Shown here: positions 28,227 to 32,000 of the stretch, piece after piece
Position numbering within the stretch: position 1 is the stretch's first letter
How the letters are laid out: each line of letters begins with the position of its first letter
The notes under the pieces: generated by a model
Database searches by the model: none
The model's input: only the letters and a program-made list of their open reading frames with translations
What the model was told of the DNA's origin: nothing
Source of the DNA: an uncultured Oceanicaulis sp.
Lineage (GTDB): Bacteria > Pseudomonadota > Alphaproteobacteria > Caulobacterales > Maricaulaceae
Length of the DNA stretch: 32,000 nt
NCBI GenBank assembly: GCA_964484345.1
Contig: CAZAGE010000015.1
Coordinates: 27,975 to 59,974, forward strand
Reading direction: 5' to 3'
Program-made: the position numbers and the translations under genes

Positions 28227-29563
28227 CCGTGCAGCGCGCGGCCGTAAATCGCTCCGCTGGACCCGGGAAACAGCTTGGCGAAGCCGTCCGGGGCGGTGGC
28301 CACGGCGTCGTCCAGGGACAGCTCCAGCCCGCAAGCCTTGAGCCGGTTGAGCGTGAGATCGAGCCATGGGCCGGTTTCCTCCGCCGTATAAGTGTGGGTG
28401 TCCCCGTCGGCGGGGGCGTTGATCAGGATTAAGAAGCGTTCCGGGCCGTCCGGCTCGGCGTCGACGCCGCGATCCTGCGCGCAGATATAAATGGTCGGAT
28501 CGTCCGGAATCCGGCGCTCTTCAAACAGCGCCTGGAATTCCGCCGCATAGTTCGGACTGAACACCACATTGTGCCGGTCGAGCGCAAAGCCGTCGGGGCG
28601 GCCGACCGCCGTCCAGACCATGGCGGAAAGGCTGCGCTTCATCTTCGCCGGGGGCAGCGCCCAGCTCGCTGGATCGCCCAGCAGGCCGTCGCGCAGCGCG
28701 TCGGGGTCCGCGTTCGACAATACGGCCCGCGCGCGGATCGTTTCGCCGGATTGAAGCCTGACGCCGACCGCCTCGGCGCCCTCAATGAGGATTTCTTCAA
28801 CGCCGTCGCCATAGCGAATGTCTGCGCCCAGCTGGCTGGCGAAATTCGCCATGCCATGGGCGAGGCGGCTCATCCCGCCTTTGACATACCAGACCCCGCG
28901 CTGCTCCAGCTCCGCAATCATCATCAGCGTGGCCGGCGCGTTATAAGGCGAAGCCCCGCAATAGGTGGCGTAGCGTCCGAATAGCTGTCGCAGGCGCTTG
29001 TCCGGGAAATAGTCGCCGAGGGCCCCCCAAAGTGTGGAGAAGGGCCGCAAGGTGAAGGCGCCGCTGGGATTATTCATCAGCATGCGCGTGGTCAGGCCGA
29101 CCGGCGAAGCTTGCGGCGCCTGGACGAAATTGCGGTCCAGCGCCTCATAAAGCCGCGCGCCATCCTTGAGGAATTTGCGGAACAGGCCCGCCTGGTCTCC
29201 GCCGAAGAAGCGGTGGACCTCCTCTACAGACTCATCAGGGTCCGCGAACAGGTCAAAGGTGTCCGTATCGTCCCAGGCATGGCGCGCCAGGCGTGTCGCG
29301 GTGATCAGCGGGACATGATCGTCGAAGCTGGCGCCCGCGTCTTCGAACAAGGCGTCAAACGCGCTCTTGAGCGTCATCACGGTGGGGCCGGCGTCGATAG
29401 GCTGCCCGCCCACCTCGATGGTGCGCATCTTCCCGCCGGGCGCTTTTTCCTTCTCTACAAGGGTTACCGGGACGCCGCGCGCGGCCAGATCGATGGCGGC
29501 GGAAAGCCCGCCCATGCCCGCGCCGATAACCACCACGCCGTCTTGCGATCGCGCGCTGGTCAT
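28001..29563 (-). CDS. crtD: hydroxyneurosporene/methoxyneurosporene desaturase (CrtI-family FAD oxidoreductase)
   Basis: 520 aa. 'VVVIGAGMGGLSAAIDLAARGVPVTLVEKEKAPGGKM' and C-terminal 'LYLAGGGTHPGPGVPTSMLSGRTAARSILADL'. The last ~24 codons are low-complexity and overlap the crtC N-terminal coding frame. Confidence 0.9.
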   Translation of the reverse strand: MTSARSQDGVVVIGAGMGGLSAAIDLAARGVPVTLVEKEKAPGGKMRTIEVGGQPIDAGPTVMTLKSAFDALFEDAGASFDDHVPLITATRLARHAWDDTDTFDLFADPDESVEEVHRFFGGDQAGLFRKFLKDGARLYEALDRNFVQAPQASPVGLTTRMLMNNPSGAFTLRPFSTLWGALGDYFPDKRLRQLFGRYATYCGASPYNAPATLMMIAELEQRGVWYVKGGMSRLAHGMANFASQLGADIRYGDGVEEILIEGAEAVGVRLQSGETIRARAVLSNADPDALRDGLLGDPASWALPPAKMKRSLSAMVWTAVGRPDGFALDRHNVVFSPNYAAEFQALFEERRIPDDPTIYICAQDRGVDAEPDGPERFLILINAPADGDTHTYTAEETGPWLDLTLNRLKACGLELSLDDAVATAPDGFAKLFPGSSGAIYGRALHGWQSAFQRPGARSKIPGLYLAGGGTHPGPGVPTSMLSGRTAARSILADLAFRPRSRPAATAGSTPTPSATTDASA

Positions 29564-29581
29564 TGACAGGTCCGGTCAGAG

Positions 29582-29599
29582 TGTCCAGTCTTCATGACA
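29582..29599. promoter_or_regulatory. PpsR/CrtJ-type operator TGT-N12-ACA (TGTCCAGTCTTCATGACA) in the crtD/crtE divergent region
   Basis: Perfect TGT-N12-ACA in the 85-nt divergent intergenic region. It shares the 8-mer TGTCCAGT with the bchI site. A degenerate partner, TGT-N12-GCA, lies at 29617-29634. Confidence 0.6.
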
Positions 29600-29648
29600 C
29601 ATAAGTTGACAGGTTATGTTGACGCCTGCAAGCAAGGAGGAGTGTGGC

Positions 29649-30515
29649 ATGGACGCCGACGCACGTATCGAAGCCGAGCTTCACGCTGCTATCGATCGCG
29701 CCGGGGGCAGAGGATGCCCGCCGCGCTTTTCAGAAAGCTTAGCCTATGCCGTCTTCCCAGGCGGGGCGCGGGTTCGGCCCCAGCTCTTGCTGGCGGTGTC
29801 AGGGGCCTGCGGAGACCCGGACCCTAACCTGACCGATGCCGCCGGCGCAGCGCTGGAGCTGCTGCATTGCGCGTCGCTGGTTCATGACGACCTTCCCGCC
29901 TTTGACGACGCCGACCAGCGCCGGGGCAAGCCCTCGGTCCATGCGGTTTTCGGTGAGCCCTTGGCGATCCTGACCGGCGATGCGCTGATCGTGCTCGCCT
30001 TTGAAACCATCGCGCGGGCGGGGGTGGCGACGCCTGATCGTATGCCAGCCCTGACCTCCCTGGTCGCCCGCGCGGTGGGCGCGCCCATGGGGATCGCCGC
30101 CGGCCAGGCTTGGGAGAGCGAGCCCACAGTGCCGCTCCAGCACTATCACCAGTCCAAAACCGGGGCGCTGTTCGTCTGCGCCACCATGGCCGGCGCGGTC
30201 GTCGCCGGCGAAGATCCGCGCCGCTGGCGCACGCTGGGTGAAAAGATCGGCGAAGCCTATCAGGTCGCCGATGATCTATTGGACGCGGCGGGCGAGGATG
30301 AGGGCGGCAAGGGTGTCGGCAAAGACGCCGCGCTGGGTCGCCCCAATAGCGTTGCGGAGCTGGGTATTGACGGCGCCGTGGCGCGGCTGAAGACGCTGGT
30401 CCATGACGCGGTGGAGTCTGTTCCGGAAGTCTACGGCTCGGACACGCTGCGCGAGCTGGTTCTGGCGCAGGCCCATCGCTTGGTGCCGAAGAATCTCGCT
30501 GTCGCAGCAGAGTGA
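29649..30515 (+). CDS. crtE: geranylgeranyl diphosphate synthase
   Basis: The track ORF starts at 29616. ATG 29649 is preferred because AAGGAGG (29633-29639) lies 9 nt upstream. Polyprenyl synthase Asp-rich motifs 'LVHDDLPAFDDADQRRG' and 'YQVADDLLD'. 288 aa. Confidence 0.9.
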   Translation: MDADARIEAELHAAIDRAGGRGCPPRFSESLAYAVFPGGARVRPQLLLAVSGACGDPDPNLTDAAGAALELLHCASLVHDDLPAFDDADQRRGKPSVHAVFGEPLAILTGDALIVLAFETIARAGVATPDRMPALTSLVARAVGAPMGIAAGQAWESEPTVPLQHYHQSKTGALFVCATMAGAVVAGEDPRRWRTLGEKIGEAYQVADDLLDAAGEDEGGKGVGKDAALGRPNSVAELGIDGAVARLKTLVHDAVESVPEVYGSDTLRELVLAQAHRLVPKNLAVAAE

Positions 30516-30525
30516 GCGCGGACTG

Positions 30526-31629
30526 ATGGGTTGGCCGGACGCGCTCGGCGATTTTCGAAACAAGCTGGTCTCTGATCCAGGCTTTCGCCGCTCGGCCAAA
30601 GCTTTCGCCCCGACCCGGGCCAAGGCGCGCGACAACGCCCGCGCCCTGTTTGATCTGATCGCGGGCTTTGTTTATTCCCAAACCGTGCTCGCCTGCACCC
30701 AGATCGACCTGTTCAACTTCCTCAAAGCCGGCCCCCAGCCGATCAGCGCCATCGCGGCCCAGGGCGATCTGCCTGTGGAAGGCGCAACGCGTCTCGCGCG
30801 GGCGGCCGCCTCGATCGAACTGTTAGAGCCGAGGGGCGAAGACTGGTTCGCCTTGGGTCCGCTGGGCGCAGCTCTGGTCGATGAGCCCGGCCTCGGCGCG
30901 ATGGTCCAGCATCACCAGCTTTTCTACGCCGATCTCGCCGATCCTTTGGCGCTGCTGCGCGGCGAACGCCATGGCGCGCTCGCCAAGTTTTGGGGCTATG
31001 GCGAAGAGTCCGGTGAAGCCGGACGCCCGGACGCCTATTCCCAGCTGATGGCGGACACCCTGCCCATGGTGGCGGAGGAGATTTTCGCTGCGGTCGATCT
31101 TTCCAAGTTCAACCGGCATCTTGATGTCGGCGGCGGCGAGGGCGCCTTCGTGAGTGAAGTGGCCGAGCAGGCGCCCAATCTGGCTCTGTCGCTTTTCGAT
31201 CTGCCGCCCGTGGCCGCCCGTGCCGAGAAAAAACTCGCCGAGAAGGGCCTCGCGGACCGGGTCGAGATCCATGGCGGCAGTTTCCTGTCAGATCCGCTGC
31301 CGACGGGCGCCGATCTCATTTCCCTGGTCCGGATCATTCATGACCATAGCGATGAAGACGCGATGGCGTGCCTGAGGGCCTGCCGCGCCGCCATCGCGCC
31401 GGGCGGGACTCTGCTCTTGGCCGAGCCCATGGCCGAAGCGCGCGGCGCCGCGCCTATGGGGGAGGCGTATTTCGGCTTTTATCTGATGGCGATGGGTGGG
31501 GGACGTCCGCGCAATGCGCAACGTCTGACTGAAATGCTGGGCGAGGCGGGGTTTGGCGCCGTTCGCGTGCACCGGTCCCGCATTCCTTTGATAACTGACG
31601 TGATTACAGCTCAAGCGGGTGCGGCGTAA
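30526..31629 (+). CDS. crtF: demethylspheroidene / hydroxyneurosporene O-methyltransferase
   Basis: The track ORF starts at 30403 inside crtE. ATG 30526 lies 10 nt after the crtE stop. It has an N-terminal dimerisation-type domain and a class I SAM-MTase core 'LDVGGGEGAF ... LFDLP ... ISLVRIIHDH'. 367 aa. Confidence 0.9.
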   Translation: MGWPDALGDFRNKLVSDPGFRRSAKAFAPTRAKARDNARALFDLIAGFVYSQTVLACTQIDLFNFLKAGPQPISAIAAQGDLPVEGATRLARAAASIELLEPRGEDWFALGPLGAALVDEPGLGAMVQHHQLFYADLADPLALLRGERHGALAKFWGYGEESGEAGRPDAYSQLMADTLPMVAEEIFAAVDLSKFNRHLDVGGGEGAFVSEVAEQAPNLALSLFDLPPVAARAEKKLAEKGLADRVEIHGGSFLSDPLPTGADLISLVRIIHDHSDEDAMACLRACRAAIAPGGTLLLAEPMAEARGAAPMGEAYFGFYLMAMGGGRPRNAQRLTEMLGEAGFGAVRVHRSRIPLITDVITAQAGAA

Positions 31630-31636
31630 ATCTGAA

Positions 31637-31664
31637 TTGACTGTAGAGAGTGTCAATGTAAACT
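31637..31664 (+). promoter_or_regulatory. sigma70-like promoter candidate for bchC (-35 TTGACT, 16-nt spacer, -10 TAAACT)
   Basis: Read directly: TTGACT at 31637-31642 and TAAACT at 31659-31664. It lies about 45 nt upstream of the bchC ATG and is overlapped by the PpsR-type palindrome. Confidence 0.4.
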
Positions 31665-31668
31665 GACA
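31651..31668. promoter_or_regulatory. PpsR/CrtJ-type operator TGTCA-N8-TGACA (TGTCAATGTAAACTGACA) upstream of bchC
   Basis: Perfect extended palindrome covering the spacer and -10 of the candidate promoter. PpsR/CrtJ control of bchC promoters by TGT-N12-ACA sites is established in Rhodobacter. Confidence 0.65.
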
Positions 31669-31706
31669 CTCTTATTGGGGGCTTTCCGGCCCTCGGGGAG
31701 GCTGAA

Positions 31707-32000
31707 ATGGACGCGCTTGCCGTCATACTGGAACAGCCAAAACATATTGCGCTGCATCGCTTGGCGATTGCGGCGCCCGGCGACGAGGATGTCGTTGTCG
31801 AAATCGCTTGGAGCGGAATCAGCACCGGAACCGAGAGGCTGCTCTGGACCGGCGCCATGCCGAGCTTCCCCGGCATGGGATATCCCCTTGTTCCTGGATA
31901 TGAATCGGTAGGTCGTGTTGTCGAAGCCGGCCCGGCTTCCGGTCGGAGCGTCGGCGACTGGGTCTTCGTGCCCGGCGCGCAATGCTATGGCGAAGTTCGG
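31707..32000 (+). CDS. bchC: 3-hydroxyethyl-bacteriochlorophyllide a dehydrogenase, 5' partial (runs off the window)
   Basis: Absent from the ORF track because it is open-ended; I translated it by hand: 'MDALAVILEQPKHIALHRLAIAAPGDEDVVVEIAWSGISTGTERLLWTGAMPSFPGMGYPLVPGYESVGRVVEAG...'. This is the BchC/MDR signature 'SGISTGTE..LW.G.MP.FPGMGYPLVPGYE'. GGGGAGG SD lies upstream. Confidence 0.9.
   Translation, partial: MDALAVILEQPKHIALHRLAIAAPGDEDVVVEIAWSGISTGTERLLWTGAMPSFPGMGYPLVPGYESVGRVVEAGPASGRSVGDWVFVPGAQCYGEVR

Overview
This is a high-GC window with an alphaproteobacterial look, tightly packed with genes. I saw no rRNA, tRNA, CRISPR array, transposase or integrase. All calls rest on reading the ORF translations and the DNA by eye; no database search was run.

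The window has three functional blocks.

(1) 248-9710. A four-gene, translationally coupled plus-strand operon encodes a PRPP-synthetase-like protein, a phosphoketolase, a beta-CASP metallo-beta-lactamase (RNase-like) and a long-form, AMP-phosphorylase-like thymidine phosphorylase homolog. It converges on a minus-strand pair: a HemG-like flavodoxin and a P2-type cation ATPase. An FNR/CRP-type palindrome sits upstream of that pair.

(2) 9950-18791. A beta-glucan (laminarin-type) utilisation locus: LacI regulator, TonB-dependent receptor, secreted GH16, GPH/MFS symporter and a GH3 beta-glucosidase without a signal peptide. An ABC1/UbiB-family kinase gene follows.

(3) 20203-32000. One arm of a photosynthesis gene cluster in Rhodobacter-like order: bchI-bchD-bchO-crtI-crtB-tspO (+), crtC-crtD (-), crtE-crtF-bchC (+, bchC runs off the window). 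Three perfect PpsR/CrtJ-type TGT-N12-ACA palindromes lie exactly at the three promoter regions.

The observations I consider most worth follow-up are:
- the coupled nucleotide/pentose operon, as a possible RNA/nucleotide-to-acetyl-phosphate salvage module;
- two unannotated single-pass membrane micro-ORFs translationally coupled to both ends of tspO;
- a coding-frame switch without any canonical start codon at the crtD->crtC junction.
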